UHGV virus genome: UHGV-0263263
Direction: 5' to 3' (one strand)
DNA length: 35,981 nucleotides
Origin: a virus
Under the pieces are notes generated by a model. It worked only from the letters and a program-made list of their open reading frames with translations, was not told the DNA's origin and did not search any database. A program made the translations under genes and the position numbers. This document shows, piece by piece, positions 1-9,673 of the stretch. How positions within the stretch are numbered: position 1 is the first letter of the stretch; each line of letters opens with the position of its first letter.

Positions 1-607
1 ATTTTTTTTCTCTATGTTTAGCAAACATAACTGTAGATGCTAAAATCATAGGTATTATATAAATAAACATTGATATATTATCACTGAACAATGATAGGGC
101 GCTGATTATTGTAGCAATGATTAAGTTGACTATATTTTCTGTTGCATCGTATTTTTCAAGTAAAATTATTGACGCAAAAATGAAAGCATATGTCCCCATA
201 TGGATGCAAGCAGAAAGCATGGAAGTAACTGCCATATCAGCAGGAAAAACCACAAAAAATGTTAAGAGAGATATTGAAAGAAGCTTGTTTTTACTTAAGC
301 TAAACATTAGCCATATAATAACCACATATAGTATTGATGGTATTACAAAAGCCAATGATTTTGAGTACCCAACTATTAGTGAGGATAACGCATAAATCAC
401 AACCTCAGTAAAGTAAAAGGGCACCGTGGAAAGCTCCCACCCCCTTAACAATACATTTCCACCAGCCACCTCTTTTCCTAGCAGCAGGACTGTGGCCCCA
501 TCAGTTATAGTTGGGAAATTATTAAAACTAAGTGTGTAATATAGTTGGTATAATACACACGTTAATAAAACCGAGAACGGTATATATATTAAATATTTCT
601 TAAGCAT
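1..607 (-). CDS. gtrC: GtrC-family serotype-specific O-antigen glucosyltransferase, N-terminal 202 codons (polytopic membrane part); ORF runs off the window start
   Basis: Manual translation from ATG at 607 (4 nt overlap with gtrB stop) gives [28 protein letters not shown]..., very hydrophobic, with no stop down to nt 2. Low GC. Operon position downstream of gtrA-gtrB. Frame is continuous with minus ORF 35128..35981 if the sequence is circular. Confidence 0.6.
   Translation of the reverse strand, partial: MLKKYLIYIPFSVLLTCVLYQLYYTLSFNNFPTITDGATVLLLGKEVAGGNVLLRGWELSTVPFYFTEVVIYALSSLIVGYSKSLAFVIPSILYVVIIWLMFSLSKNKLLSISLLTFFVVFPADMAVTSMLSACIHMGTYAFIFASIILLEKYDATENIVNLIIATIISALSLFSDNISMFIYIIPMILASTVMFAKHREKK
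117..395 (+). other. Listed ORF that is antisense to gtrC; probably not a gene
   Basis: Lies fully inside the better-supported minus-strand gtrC reading frame. AT-rich region generates chance ORFs. Confidence 0.2.
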
Positions 608-1523
608 GTTTATCTCTTTTTAAAATGTACTTAGGGCGGTTTTTTACCTCAATATAAATCCTTCCGATATACTCTCCAAGAACACCGATCCCAATAAGTT
701 GAACGCCGCCTAGGAAGAGTACTGATACCAACAGAGAAGGATAACCGCGCACGGGATTACCAAATAAAAAAGTTCCAAGGATCATCCATGTTCCATAAAG
801 AAACGCTAATCCTGCAACTAACAGGCCGATATATGTCCATATACGAAGCGGGAATGTTGAGAAACTGGTTATTCCCTCGAGAGCCAGATTCCACAACTTC
901 CATCCGTTGAATTTTGTGCTACCAGCAACGCGTTCTGCGCGAGCATACTCAACGACATCGGTTATTCCTCCTACCCAACTCAATATACCTTTCATGAACA
1001 GGTTGCGCTCTGGCATGAGCTTGATGTTTTCGACTACTTCACGAGACATCAGTCGGAAATCGCCAACGTTCTCTTCAATCTGCGGATTACTGATTTTGTT
1101 ATGCAGCTTATAGAACCATTCAGCCGTCTTGCGCTTAAGCCTGCCATCTGTGGAGCGATCTGTTCTTTTAGCCAGAACCATATCCGCACCGGCAACCCAC
1201 TTATTGATAAGATGAGGAATTACCTCGATAGGGTCCTGCAGGTCCACGTCAATCGGTATAATCGCATCGCCGGTTGCATGGTCTAGCCCGGCGAATAGCG
1301 CAGGCTCTTTGCCGAAATTGCGCGTGAATGATAGCGGCTTGACGAGAGGGTCTGATATCGCAATTGAGTTTATGATCGCTTCCGTTGCGTCCTTGCTTCC
1401 GTCATTGATGAATACTATCTCTACTTCGTATTGCTGAAGGTCTTCAAACTCTCTGACGGTTTTGTAAAAAATTGGTATCGCGTCCTCTTCATTGAAGACT
1501 GGAACGACAAGAGAAATCTTCAT
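600..1523 (-). CDS. gtrB: Bactoprenol glucosyltransferase (GT2 family), GtrB
   Basis: 307 aa starting [13 protein letters not shown]...INDGSKD with DxD-type motifs and a C-terminal 2-TM anchor. Stop overlaps the gtrC start; start overlaps the gtrA stop. Confidence 0.9.
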   Translation of the reverse strand: MKISLVVPVFNEEDAIPIFYKTVREFEDLQQYEVEIVFINDGSKDATEAIINSIAISDPLVKPLSFTRNFGKEPALFAGLDHATGDAIIPIDVDLQDPIEVIPHLINKWVAGADMVLAKRTDRSTDGRLKRKTAEWFYKLHNKISNPQIEENVGDFRLMSREVVENIKLMPERNLFMKGILSWVGGITDVVEYARAERVAGSTKFNGWKLWNLALEGITSFSTFPLRIWTYIGLLVAGLAFLYGTWMILGTFLFGNPVRGYPSLLVSVLFLGGVQLIGIGVLGEYIGRIYIEVKNRPKYILKRDKHA

Positions 1524-1882
1524 TTTTCTTCCCTAAAGACAATGTGTTTTGAATAAAAGAACCCGCAAACCAGGCTTATCAGCGAGAATTCAACAAGGGT
1601 AATGATAGGTGCGATCTGATAATAATCAGACAATTTTCCTACCAAAACGCTCATAAGACCCATGAATGTAACAAAAAGAAAATACCCCTTGACATTAGGC
1701 CTTGACTTGAATGTAAAGGCGGCATTGGCAAAGAACGAGAACGTTACTGCAGTAGCGAATGCCAGCAGATTGGCCGTAGCCTGATTTACTGAGAACAAAT
1801 AGACACCTGTCGCAAATACGAGCCAGTGAATGGCTGTGTTTAAAACTCCGACAGTCAAATATTTTGAGAATAGCTTAAGCAT
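1520..1882 (-). CDS. gtrA: GtrA-family flippase for undecaprenyl-phosphate-glucose
   Basis: 120 aa with 4 TM segments, typical GtrA size and hydropathy. First gene of the gtrABC operon. Confidence 0.8.
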   Translation of the reverse strand: MLKLFSKYLTVGVLNTAIHWLVFATGVYLFSVNQATANLLAFATAVTFSFFANAAFTFKSRPNVKGYFLFVTFMGLMSVLVGKLSDYYQIAPIITLVEFSLISLVCGFFYSKHIVFREEK

Positions 1883-1990
1883 ATGAGTGGCTTGGTTGTT
1901 TTAGAATTTAGCTGAGTTTACCACCTAAGGCCCATCTGATCAGCACTTGCAGTACGGTACTTACTCCATGTAACTGCTCAAATACCATAT

Positions 1991-2006
1991 GGTCGGGATT
2001 CCGACC
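1991..2006 (+). promoter_or_regulatory. Late-element copy 1 (GGTCGGGATTCCGACC), 57 bp upstream of the holin start
   Basis: Exact 16-mer; forms a 6-bp stem with GATT loop. Followed by CGCCCGCTTACCC and TACTAT. Confidence 0.6.
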
Positions 2007-2062
2007 GGCTCGCCCGCTTACCCTCAGCCCACTACTATGATTTTCCCCACAGGGGGTGAGGC

Positions 2063-2299
2063 ATGAGGATGAATAACCTTTCAGACGTAGCGGCGGGACT
2101 GTCCTACGGTACATCTATCGGCAGCTTTGGTTACTGGTTACTGCAACTACTCGATAAAGTTAGCCCCAGCCAGTGGGCCGCCATCGGCGTTCTTGCCAGT
2201 ATTCTCTTTGGTCTGTTGACCTATCTGACCAATCTGTATTTCAAAATCAAGGATGATCGGCGTAAGGAGGCACGGGATAATGGCTTCCAGCAAGACTAA
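2063..2299 (+). CDS. Class II holin, phage 21 S21-like pinholin with dual start (M-R-M)
   Basis: 78 aa. Sequence [55 protein letters not shown] closely matches the remembered S21 sequence. Two TMDs. Two Met codons separated by an Arg codon, as in lambda S107/S105. Confidence 0.85.
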   Translation: MRMNNLSDVAAGLSYGTSIGSFGYWLLQLLDKVSPSQWAAIGVLASILFGLLTYLTNLYFKIKDDRRKEARDNGFQQD

Positions 2300-2819
2300 G
2301 CTCAGTGCTACTGTTCTGGGGCTGGTACTCGCTGGTGCACCAGCAACTGTCATTCTTGACCAGTTCCTGAACGAGAAAGAGGGAAACAGCCTAACCGCGT
2401 ACAGAGATGGTGGCGGAATCTGGACGATTTGCCGTGGTGCCACGATGGTTGATGGTAAGCCAGTGGTGCAGGGCATGAAGCTGACGCAGGCTAAATGCGA
2501 TCAGGTAAACGCCATCGAACGCAATAAGGCTCTTGCGTGGGTTGACCGCAATATCAAAGTTCCTCTGACCGAACCGCAGAAAGCCGGTATCGCATCCTTC
2601 TGTCCGTACAACATCGGACCCGGCAAATGCTTCCCGTCAACGTTCTATAAGCGAATGAATGCCGGTGACCGAAAAGGTGCATGTGAGGCGATCCGCTGGT
2701 GGATCAAAGACGGGGGCCGTGACTGTAGACTGACCAAAGGCCAGAAGAATGGCTGCTATGGTCAGGTTGAGCGCCGGGATCAGGAAAGCGCGTTAGCGTG
2801 CTGGGGGATAGACCAGTGA
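2280..2819 (+). CDS. SAR (signal-anchor-release) endolysin, T4-lysozyme fold
   Basis: AAGGAGG 9 nt before the ATG at 2280. N-terminal weakly hydrophobic SAR segment [18 protein letters not shown] followed by a lysozyme-like catalytic region. Pairs with the pinholin. Confidence 0.85.
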   Translation: MASSKTKLSATVLGLVLAGAPATVILDQFLNEKEGNSLTAYRDGGGIWTICRGATMVDGKPVVQGMKLTQAKCDQVNAIERNKALAWVDRNIKVPLTEPQKAGIASFCPYNIGPGKCFPSTFYKRMNAGDRKGACEAIRWWIKDGGRDCRLTKGQKNGCYGQVERRDQESALACWGIDQ

Positions 2820-3178
2820 CGATAAAAGCAAAGCTGTTAGCGCTGGCCGTTCTGCTGGCGTTTTTTGTCGGTACCTTTTATGTAGGTTACCTCAAAGGGT
2901 GGTATGCGCACAGCGAGCACGTTAACAGCCAGGCAAAAGCGAAGCAGAAGAAAGCTGAGAAAGCCGTCGCCATCGGCGAGCAGAAAGCGGCGGCGGCCAG
3001 TGCAGAGGGTAAAGTGATTTACCGGACCATTTACCGAGACGTGGTGAAATATGTTAACGACCCGAATCATGTTAAGTGCGATTTTGACGATCACGCTGTG
3101 CAGCTGCGTCAGCGAGCCCTCGACGCGGCCAACTCCATCAGCGGATTTGATGCAGGAGCCGTGCAAGGGAGCGAGTAA
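2798..3178 (+). CDS. Rz-like inner-membrane spanin (i-spanin)
   Basis: N-terminal TMD (LLALAVLLAFFVGTFYVGYL) then a charged, coiled-coil-like periplasmic domain. GTG start overlaps the endolysin stop. Confidence 0.6.
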   Translation: MLGDRPVTIKAKLLALAVLLAFFVGTFYVGYLKGWYAHSEHVNSQAKAKQKKAEKAVAIGEQKAAAASAEGKVIYRTIYRDVVKYVNDPNHVKCDFDDHAVQLRQRALDAANSISGFDAGAVQGSE

Positions 3179-3293
3179 AGCTGGAACAGACAGCGACGAA
3201 GATCTGCAAGCAGACATCGAAACAGCGGAATGCCTGCGCCAGTTACGGCTGGATAAGTATCGTTGGCAAGCGTGGTACAGGGCTACGGAATAG
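3051..3293 (+). CDS. Rz1-like outer-membrane lipoprotein spanin (o-spanin), +1 frame overlapping Rz and extending past it
   Basis: MLSAILTITLCSC lipobox-like signal. Pro-rich mature part (PSTRPTPS). Position inside and after the Rz frame. Confidence 0.5.
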   Translation: MLTTRIMLSAILTITLCSCVSEPSTRPTPSADLMQEPCKGASKAGTDSDEDLQADIETAECLRQLRLDKYRWQAWYRATE

Positions 3294-3312
3294 CGTGTTT
3301 TGTTCCTCAATC

Positions 3313-3575
3313 GGGAGCGAAATTAAAACGGGTACCAATTCGGGTATCTGCCTTTTTTGTGAAAATAAAAAACAATAAATACAAATGGTTATTTATTGTG
3401 TTTTACTCCTATTATCGGCACCATCATTTCATCCAGTACCATCCCCAATCGTCCATTTTTCCTTGTTTTTCGCGGTGTTGACTGTTTTGTTTGTCCGCCG
3501 TTATCCACCTTTTACCGTTGCAATCCAAATTTAAAACGGGTACATAAACGGGTATCTGAGTTTGAGGCGGGTACC
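3313..3575. other. attP-like recombination site: arm-type direct repeats flanking a core inverted repeat
   Basis: TTAAAACGGGTAC-N5-CGGGTATCTG occurs at 3313-3340 and 3531-3558, plus GGCGGGTACC at 3566-3575. Between them is an AT-rich tract holding a perfect 10-bp inverted repeat, ACAATAAATA(3372-3381)/TATTTATTGT(3390-3399), with an 8-bp spacer. Lies directly upstream of int. Confidence 0.6.
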
Positions 3576-3576
3576 T

Positions 3577-4749
3577 ATGAAACTAAACGCACGACAGGTC
3601 GAGACGGCAAAGCCTGCCGAAAAAGACTACAAGCTGCCAGACGGTAACGGGCTTATTCTGCTGGTGAAAACCAGTGGGGCAAAATACTGGCGCTATCGCT
3701 ATACCTTCGCCGGTAAAGAAAAGATGCTGGCGCTCGGTGTGTACCCGGCTGTTTCGCTGGCGGCCGCTCGCGAAAAGCGAGACGAGGCCAGGCGGAACGT
3801 TGCAGCAGGTGTTGACCCGGTGAAGGTCAAAAGCCATGTTGCAGCTGCGGCAGCAAAGACGATCACGTTTAAAGAGATTGCCGCAGAATGGCACGAATTC
3901 AAGAAGCCGCGCTGGTCGCCTGGCTATGCCTCTGACATTCTCGAAGCGTTCAACAAAGATATTTTCCCAGCTGTGGGTAAGCTGCCAGTTGCTGAAATCG
4001 AACCGGTTCAGATGCTGGCGGCACTGCGCAAAATTGAGAATCGCGGCGCAACCGAGAAAGCAGCCAAAACGCGCCGGTGGTGCGGTGAAGTATTCAGCTA
4101 TGCAGTTGCGACCGGGCGCGCGAAGTATAACCCCGTCAGCGAACTGAACAGTGCCATGACCGGCCATAAGGGGGAGTCCTTTCCCTTCCTGACGGCTGAA
4201 GAACTGCCCGATTTTCTGGCGGCGCTTGAAGGTTACAAGGGGAGTCCGTTCCCCCGGTTGGGTTTGCAGATCATGATGCTGGCAGGGCTGCGTACTTACG
4301 AACTGCGGCATTCAAAATGGGAATGGGTAGATTTCGATAACCGGCTGTGGGAGATACCTGCCGAATTTATGAAGATGGACCGCCCGCACCTGGTACCGCT
4401 TTCCGATCAGCTTGTTGTATTGCTGAAAGAGTTGCACGGTCTGACAGGTCGATACGTGAATATGTTCCCCGGCAGGAATGACCCGTCAAAGGTAATGAGC
4501 GAGAACACAATAAACAGGATGATCCACACGCTGGGATATAAGGGGAGGGTAGTAGGGCATGGCTTCCGGCATACATTCAGCACCATCCTGAACGATAAAG
4601 GATTCAACTCAGACTGGGTTGAACTCCAGATCGCTCACGTGGATAAGAACAATATACGCGGGGTTTATAACCATGCCCTGTATATGGAAGGGCGTCGGGA
4701 GATGATGCAGTGGTATGCGGATCATATTGACCAGCTGCGTTTGATTTAA
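3577..4749 (+). CDS. int: Tyrosine integrase, P4-like family (DUF4102 N-terminal arm-binding domain plus catalytic domain)
   Basis: 390 aa. N-terminus MKLNARQVETAKPAEKDYKLPDGNGLILLVKTSGAKYWRYRY is typical of P4-type integrases. C-terminal R...HGFRHT...Y catalytic residues. Confidence 0.9.
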   Translation: MKLNARQVETAKPAEKDYKLPDGNGLILLVKTSGAKYWRYRYTFAGKEKMLALGVYPAVSLAAAREKRDEARRNVAAGVDPVKVKSHVAAAAAKTITFKEIAAEWHEFKKPRWSPGYASDILEAFNKDIFPAVGKLPVAEIEPVQMLAALRKIENRGATEKAAKTRRWCGEVFSYAVATGRAKYNPVSELNSAMTGHKGESFPFLTAEELPDFLAALEGYKGSPFPRLGLQIMMLAGLRTYELRHSKWEWVDFDNRLWEIPAEFMKMDRPHLVPLSDQLVVLLKELHGLTGRYVNMFPGRNDPSKVMSENTINRMIHTLGYKGRVVGHGFRHTFSTILNDKGFNSDWVELQIAHVDKNNIRGVYNHALYMEGRREMMQWYADHIDQLRLI

Positions 4750-4934
4750 AGAAACTGTTTTTTCCACTCTTCGACCTCGCCGCGTACCCAGCGGGAGGTT
4801 CGGCTCCCGAGCTTTTTAGGCTTCGGAAATTCGTTATTACTGATGCGCTCATAAATGCTGGATTTTTTCAGGCCAACAGAGCGCTCAACTTCTTTGATAT
4901 TAATCAGGTCAGTGTCAGAGATAACCTGTGTCAT
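4746..4934 (-). CDS. alpA: AlpA-family HTH transcriptional regulator / excisionase-like
   Basis: 62 aa (MTQVISDTDLINIKEVERSVGLKKSSIYERISNNEFPKPKKLGSRTSRWVRGEVEEWKK). GAGAGG SD. Start overlaps the upstream gene stop (ATGA). Convergent with int. Confidence 0.7.
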   Translation of the reverse strand: MTQVISDTDLINIKEVERSVGLKKSSIYERISNNEFPKPKKLGSRTSRWVRGEVEEWKKQFL

Positions 4935-6325
4935 GCTATACCTCTCTTTTTCATGGCATCGAGCAGGATGTCCTGCACCGTTCGTTTTGAGTTGCGCCGC
5001 TCCATCACCATTTCGTCCATAGTGTCGGCGGCGATAATGTGGTGAATGAACACCGGGCGGTTGTGTCCGGCCTGAATCTGCCGGGTTGGCCCGATGCGTT
5101 CGATAATTTGCTGGTACTGCTCCAGATCCCACCAGTGCGAGAAAAACACCAGAATGTTGCCGCCGTCCTGCATATTCAGGCCGTGGCCTGCGCTTGCCGG
5201 GTGCGCGAACAGGACCGGTATCTTTCCGGCGTTCCAGTCGCGCAGCGTCTGTGGATCCTGGTCGAGGTGGCGACCGCGAGGAAATGCTTTAAGCAGACGC
5301 TCAAGGTCGTGTTTCCAGTGGTAGGCCACCAGCACTGGTGCGCCAGCGGCTTCGGTGAGAATACTGTCCAGCGCCTGCAGCTTCGCGTCGTGCAGTTCGG
5401 ACCAGCTCCCTGCGTCGTCGGTGTATACCGCGCCGCTGGCAATTTGCAGACACTTCACTGTTTTTGCCGCGGCGTTCGGCGCTTCGATACCTTCGCCGTT
5501 CAGCTCGAGGAACATTTCTTTTTCCATTTCGCGATACTGCTGGCTGGCCTTCGGCGGCATGTCCACGCGGATCACGTTATGGATGGGCTCTTTGATATCG
5601 AACCAGTCGGCGGCGTCCAGGGAGATAGTCACGTCAGCCAGTGCACGCTGTATTTCGTCCTGCGAATGGGCGAACGGCTCCAGCTTCGTCCAGCTCTGCC
5701 CCGGAAACTGTATTGAGTTGAACCAGCGGGAAGTAAACGCGCCGTAGGTGCGCCCGAGGCGCTGCCCCTGATCCACAAACCACGCTTGCCCCCACAAATC
5801 TACCAGGCCGTTAGGCGCTGGCGTACCGGTGAGATTCATCCAGCGCCGGACGTGCTTATGTGCCACCTTGCCCAGCGCCGCCGCGCGCTTACCGCCACCG
5901 CGCAGCCGGAAGGATTTCAGCCGGGTGCTTTCGTCGGGAATGACGGTACCGAACGGCCAGCGGCCGCCAAGCTCTTCCACCAGCCAGACCAGATTGTCGT
6001 AGTTGATGGTAAACACGCTGGCGTTGCTGTTTGCCAGCGCCGCAGCGCGCGCTTTGGCATTACCGACAATCGGCTGCACCTCGATATTGCGCAGATGCCC
6101 CCATTTCACCGCTTCATCCGGCCAGGTACTGGCCGCCACGCGCAGCGGTGCGAGGACCAGCGCGGGCTGAGTCTCCGCTCCCGCCATAAAGAGATCTTCC
6201 AGCGTGGTGAGCGTCGCCACGGTTTTACCCATGCCCATGCCCGCCCAGATGTTGCAGCGCAGGATGTCGATTTCGTGGTTGATGATGAGGTCTTGATAAG
6301 GGCGGGGGGTAAATACTGAACTCAC
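4931..6325 (-). CDS. SNF2/DEAD-box family ATP-dependent helicase
   Basis: Walker A GMGMGKT, DEXH-like PDES, helicase C-terminal motifs. 464 aa. Confidence 0.8.
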   Translation of the reverse strand: MSSVFTPRPYQDLIINHEIDILRCNIWAGMGMGKTVATLTTLEDLFMAGAETQPALVLAPLRVAASTWPDEAVKWGHLRNIEVQPIVGNAKARAAALANSNASVFTINYDNLVWLVEELGGRWPFGTVIPDESTRLKSFRLRGGGKRAAALGKVAHKHVRRWMNLTGTPAPNGLVDLWGQAWFVDQGQRLGRTYGAFTSRWFNSIQFPGQSWTKLEPFAHSQDEIQRALADVTISLDAADWFDIKEPIHNVIRVDMPPKASQQYREMEKEMFLELNGEGIEAPNAAAKTVKCLQIASGAVYTDDAGSWSELHDAKLQALDSILTEAAGAPVLVAYHWKHDLERLLKAFPRGRHLDQDPQTLRDWNAGKIPVLFAHPASAGHGLNMQDGGNILVFFSHWWDLEQYQQIIERIGPTRQIQAGHNRPVFIHHIIAADTMDEMVMERRNSKRTVQDILLDAMKKRGIA

Positions 6326-6591
6326 AATATCCCCTCCAGATTTTTGCTATCCAGTACCACCACGGTAAAGCCCAGCGCGCGGAGCCGTTCGTGCTCGCGC
6401 AACTGGTCGGCGCGTGGTGGTTTGCCGGGTGCCTTGCATTCAACAAAGACGAGGCGGCCACCAGGTAGCAGGACAATGCGATCCGGTACCGAGCGGCGAC
6501 CGGGTGACACGAACTTAAAGGCGATCCCGCCAGCCTTTTTTACTTCGGTGACGAGGTGCTTTTCGATAAGGCTTTCACGTTCGTAGGCCAT
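6322..6591 (-). CDS. VRR-NUC domain nuclease
   Basis: 89 aa with the ...D...VECK... pattern characteristic of VRR-NUC. Translationally coupled to the SNF2 helicase. Confidence 0.7.
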   Translation of the reverse strand: MAYERESLIEKHLVTEVKKAGGIAFKFVSPGRRSVPDRIVLLPGGRLVFVECKAPGKPPRADQLREHERLRALGFTVVVLDSKNLEGIL

Positions 6592-6834
6592 TTACTTCAC
6601 CTGCTTTTCAGCCCTCAGTACCATCCGGCTACCATCATCAAGACCCCAGCTAATTTCGCCGCCTTCTGCCATTACCAGCTGCCAAACTAACTGCGCGGCT
6701 TCGTTCGTTACGTCACGCCCAGGGTCATTGCCAACACGCAAGCGACCGCCGTCAACATCGCGCATTTTTGCCAACATGATCTTTTTGGATAGCGGGGAGA
6801 ACCCCAGTTGTAGTTTCGCTGTATTACGCATCAT
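6592..6834 (-). CDS. Hypothetical protein
   Basis: ORF in operon context with coupled start/stop. No recognisable motif. Confidence 0.4.
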   Translation of the reverse strand: MMRNTAKLQLGFSPLSKKIMLAKMRDVDGGRLRVGNDPGRDVTNEAAQLVWQLVMAEGGEISWGLDDGSRMVLRAEKQVK

Positions 6835-7042
6835 TCACCTCCCTACGCTTTTCGCGCATGTTCTGCATCAGGCAAAAATCAGCACGGCGCTCGCTCCAGT
6901 CCTGATTAAGTTCGTTACGTGATTCGCGGTTGGCTTTGGCCCAGACTTTCGCCGCCCGGTCGTACTCGCCGGACTGCTCAAGGCGCAAAGCCTCCCGCGC
7001 AGTCCGGTAATAAAGCGGACTGTCCCGATATTTAAATGACAT
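6824..7042 (-). CDS. Hypothetical small protein (start at MSFKYRD with GAGGT SD)
   Basis: GAGGTAA 7 nt upstream of the ATG at 7042. The listed longer ORF (to 7069) would overlap the HNH gene. Confidence 0.4.
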   Translation of the reverse strand: MSFKYRDSPLYYRTAREALRLEQSGEYDRAAKVWAKANRESRNELNQDWSERRADFCLMQNMREKRREVNDA

Positions 7043-7052
7043 AGGGATTACC

Positions 7053-7532
7053 TCAGAGTGAGCTGGCAAACTCTCCTGCGTAAAGCTCCGCGCCTTTGGC
7101 GTAAGCCTCTGCTGCCTGCTCTTTTGTGGGGAAATACCCGAGGCTTTTAACTCGTCCTCGGATTACGATTTTTGCCTGCCACGGCTTTCGCGGGCAATTA
7201 GGGTGAAACACAACGCCTTTGAAACCGGATGTGTTGTGCCTACGCTTGGCAATGTTGTATTGATTCTGGGCGTTATTGCAGACTCTAAGATTTTCAATCC
7301 TGCAATCGCGCGGGTCGCGGTTTATGTGGTCCAGCATTGGCGGTATAACGCCGTGGTGGTAGAGCCAGACGAGTTGATGTAGGTAGTAGGTCTTTCTACC
7401 GATAGTAGTTGCCAGATACCGCTGATTCTTACCCGTACCGTGCCACGGGTAGGGCTTACGGCCGCCAACACGACGCAATAGCCCCGTCGGCGGTTCGTAG
7501 ACGAACAGCTCTTTAACTTCATCCTGTGTCAT
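7053..7532 (-). CDS. HNH endonuclease with AP2 DNA-binding domain (homing-endonuclease-like)
   Basis: HQLVWLYHHGVIPPMLDHINRDPRDCRIENLRVCNNAQN (HNH_3) followed by a FKGVVFHPN...WQAKI AP2-like segment. Confidence 0.8.
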   Translation of the reverse strand: MTQDEVKELFVYEPPTGLLRRVGGRKPYPWHGTGKNQRYLATTIGRKTYYLHQLVWLYHHGVIPPMLDHINRDPRDCRIENLRVCNNAQNQYNIAKRRHNTSGFKGVVFHPNCPRKPWQAKIVIRGRVKSLGYFPTKEQAAEAYAKGAELYAGEFASSL

Positions 7533-7535
7533 AAC

Positions 7536-9596
7536 TCACTCTTTTCTGTAATGGTACGCCTCGAAACCGCCTGCGTTCAGCGGGATATCGGGTGCCCATT
7601 CGGGGTTAGTGGAAAGCAGCGCGGAAAGCGCCTTATCGTTGAAATCGTCAGTATCCGGTGCTTCTGTGATCACTTCATCGTGTACTGTCAGCACAATGCT
7701 GTAACCGGCATCCTCGATCAGCGGCATGTTTCCGGCCAGAACGTCGCGGGCAGCCGCCTGAGTGACGTTTTCCACCAGCTTTCCGCCGTAGGTTTTGAGC
7801 CTCTGCCATTTGCGCGAGTAGGAGTTAACGCCCTGATAGGTGATGTTTCCCTTCTCGATTGACGGGGACGGGTAGCACAGCGCGCGCCCGGACGGCAGCT
7901 GGATGCGCAGCCATGCGCCATCACGACGGACTTTGAGATAACCGCAGTACAGCGTTTTTTGCGGGGTCGCGATGGCGGCGCGGACGGTGCGCTCGAGCTC
8001 GTACCAGAAATCGCAGGTCGCCGGGTGAGCTCTGCGCCACAGCCTCTTAAGCGAGTCACACGCGATGAATACGCGTTCTGACAGACCAAAGGTCGACTTA
8101 CGTTTAACCGATTCGTCGTACCAGCTTTTCGCCTCGCGGATGACATCGCGGGGAATGTTCGGTAGTGCGGCGTTTGCCAGCTCGTCGAGGTCGAGGCCGT
8201 AGACCAGAGCGAAGGTCAGGAACGCCGCAACACCACCGCCGAAGCCGAGGCCCAGCTCCATCACCTTGCCGATCTGACGCTGGTATTTATCAACATCGTC
8301 CGGCGAGATATTGAAGGCGCGGGCGTAGGCCAGTTTATACAGATCCGGCCCGGTCCCCTCGTCGTACTCCCGGAATGCGTCCAGCTTCCACTGTTCGCCA
8401 GCAAGCCAGGCCAGTTTTCGCCCTTCGATGTTCGACAGGTCGCTAACCACCAGCTTTTTGCCTTCCGGCGCCATGATGCAGCCGCGCAGCGCTGAGCTGG
8501 TCAGCTCCATGATGTTATCGAACAGCAGATCGGCGCATCCGGCTTTAAGCGCCTCGATGCCCTCGTCTATCTGGTCCTGCTCAAGTGAAGGGCGGGGCAG
8601 GTTCTGGGGCTGGAACAACCGCCCGGCCCAGCGCCCGGTTCGCGATGCGCCGCAGAACTGCAGTGTGCCGCGCAGACGCCCGTCACTGCTCACGCCCTTC
8701 ATCAGCGATTTGTACTTACTGGTGCTGGTGGTGCTGGCCTGCAGGCGGATAGCCAGCAGCTCTTTCACCGCAGACGGCAAATCAGGATCCGCCATACGGC
8801 GCTCCAGCGTGCTGCGCTGCATGTCCGGCAGCTCCACCCCGTACGATTCAACAATGTGCGTAATCAGCGCATCGCGCTGCGTGGCCGCCTGCACTTCGCC
8901 ATCGGTCATCACCTGCGTGCGTTTCGCCAGGCGTTTTTGCTCGAGGTCTACCGCCTCGATCGCCGCCTGCGCAAGCTGCACATCCATGCAAACGCCGCGG
9001 TCGTTGATCTGCTGGTCACGATGCCAGAGCGCCAACTCTGCACCCTTATAATTCCACTTCGGCAGGCGCTTATGCACTTCGCGCATGGCCTCGATATCAA
9101 GGCCAGCGTAAGCAACAAAGCGCCGCCATTCTTCCGGGTGGGTTTTGCTGGTGGCCCGTCGCAGTTTGCTGTTCTTCGGACGTGGCTTACAGAACAGCTG
9201 GATAAGCGCTTTACCTTCTTTGTCCTTCGCCTTGTCCTGCGGGACGCCCAGAACCTCGCAGAGCGCACCCAGCGCGCCGGGGAGGCCGTGCGCCAGCGCC
9301 TGCACCATCGTGTCGCGCCATTGTGCTACATCGGGGACCAGTTCCGGATGGTCATGCCGCATAACTGTACGGTCGAAATGTGAGTTATGCGCCCACACCT
9401 CAATCGCCGGATCGCCCAGAGCCTGATACAACATCGGCGGCATGACAGTGCCCGCCGTTAAATCCCAAACTCTGACGGGGCCATCGTCAATAGCCCAGGC
9501 CATCAGCATTACCTCCACCTTTTCAGCATAGGCATGGGTGCCGTTGTTAATAGGCACCTCGCTGAAGGTTTCGAGGTCAATCCATAATTTTTCCAT
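7536..9596 (-). CDS. Family A DNA polymerase with N-terminal 3'-5' exonuclease (T7 gp5-like)
   Basis: Exo motif WIDLETFS. Pol motifs include the C-terminal VHDEV. About 686 aa from MEKLW, which has a GAGGA SD; the listed ORF start at 9641 lacks an SD. Confidence 0.85.
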   Translation of the reverse strand: MEKLWIDLETFSEVPINNGTHAYAEKVEVMLMAWAIDDGPVRVWDLTAGTVMPPMLYQALGDPAIEVWAHNSHFDRTVMRHDHPELVPDVAQWRDTMVQALAHGLPGALGALCEVLGVPQDKAKDKEGKALIQLFCKPRPKNSKLRRATSKTHPEEWRRFVAYAGLDIEAMREVHKRLPKWNYKGAELALWHRDQQINDRGVCMDVQLAQAAIEAVDLEQKRLAKRTQVMTDGEVQAATQRDALITHIVESYGVELPDMQRSTLERRMADPDLPSAVKELLAIRLQASTTSTSKYKSLMKGVSSDGRLRGTLQFCGASRTGRWAGRLFQPQNLPRPSLEQDQIDEGIEALKAGCADLLFDNIMELTSSALRGCIMAPEGKKLVVSDLSNIEGRKLAWLAGEQWKLDAFREYDEGTGPDLYKLAYARAFNISPDDVDKYQRQIGKVMELGLGFGGGVAAFLTFALVYGLDLDELANAALPNIPRDVIREAKSWYDESVKRKSTFGLSERVFIACDSLKRLWRRAHPATCDFWYELERTVRAAIATPQKTLYCGYLKVRRDGAWLRIQLPSGRALCYPSPSIEKGNITYQGVNSYSRKWQRLKTYGGKLVENVTQAAARDVLAGNMPLIEDAGYSIVLTVHDEVITEAPDTDDFNDKALSALLSTNPEWAPDIPLNAGGFEAYHYRKE

Positions 9597-9635
9597 ACTC
9601 AATCCTCGCGGGTGCTTTGCGAAAAGGGACGCTCT

Positions 9636-9664
9636 TTGCAAAACACCCGGCGCATGGCCGGGTG
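9636..9664 (-). terminator. Intrinsic terminator/attenuator between the SSB and DNA polymerase genes
   Basis: Minus-strand CACCCGGC-catgc-GCCGGGTG (8-bp stem) followed by TTTTGC. A second imperfect hairpin follows (TTTGCAAAGAGCGTCCCTTTTCGCAAAG). Confidence 0.55.
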
Positions 9665-9673
9665 GGGGAAGGG

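Noticed and set aside
117-395. Listed 92-aa plus-strand ORF at the window start
   Set aside because: Antisense to, and fully contained within, the well-supported membrane-protein (gtrC) frame. AT-rich sequence; no SD.
1883-1990. Dam/OxyR phase-variation control region typical of gtr operons (multiple GATC sites)
   Set aside because: Only a single GATC (in CTGATCAG) was seen upstream of gtrA. That is insufficient to call the canonical four-GATC switch.
1921-2062. Expected a tRNA gene or tRNA 3' fragment (integration target) between gtrA and the holin, where GGTCGGGATTCCGACC superficially resembles a T-arm
   Set aside because: The hairpin has a 4-nt loop, not the 7-nt T-loop. No acceptor, D or anticodon arms can be built around it on either strand. 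The same 16-mer recurs four more times upstream of late genes.
9596-9641. Longer listed start for the DNA polymerase ([20 protein letters not shown]…)
   Set aside because: The upstream ATG lacks an SD and overlaps a hairpin/inverted repeat. The ATG at MEKLW has a GAGGA SD at correct spacing.
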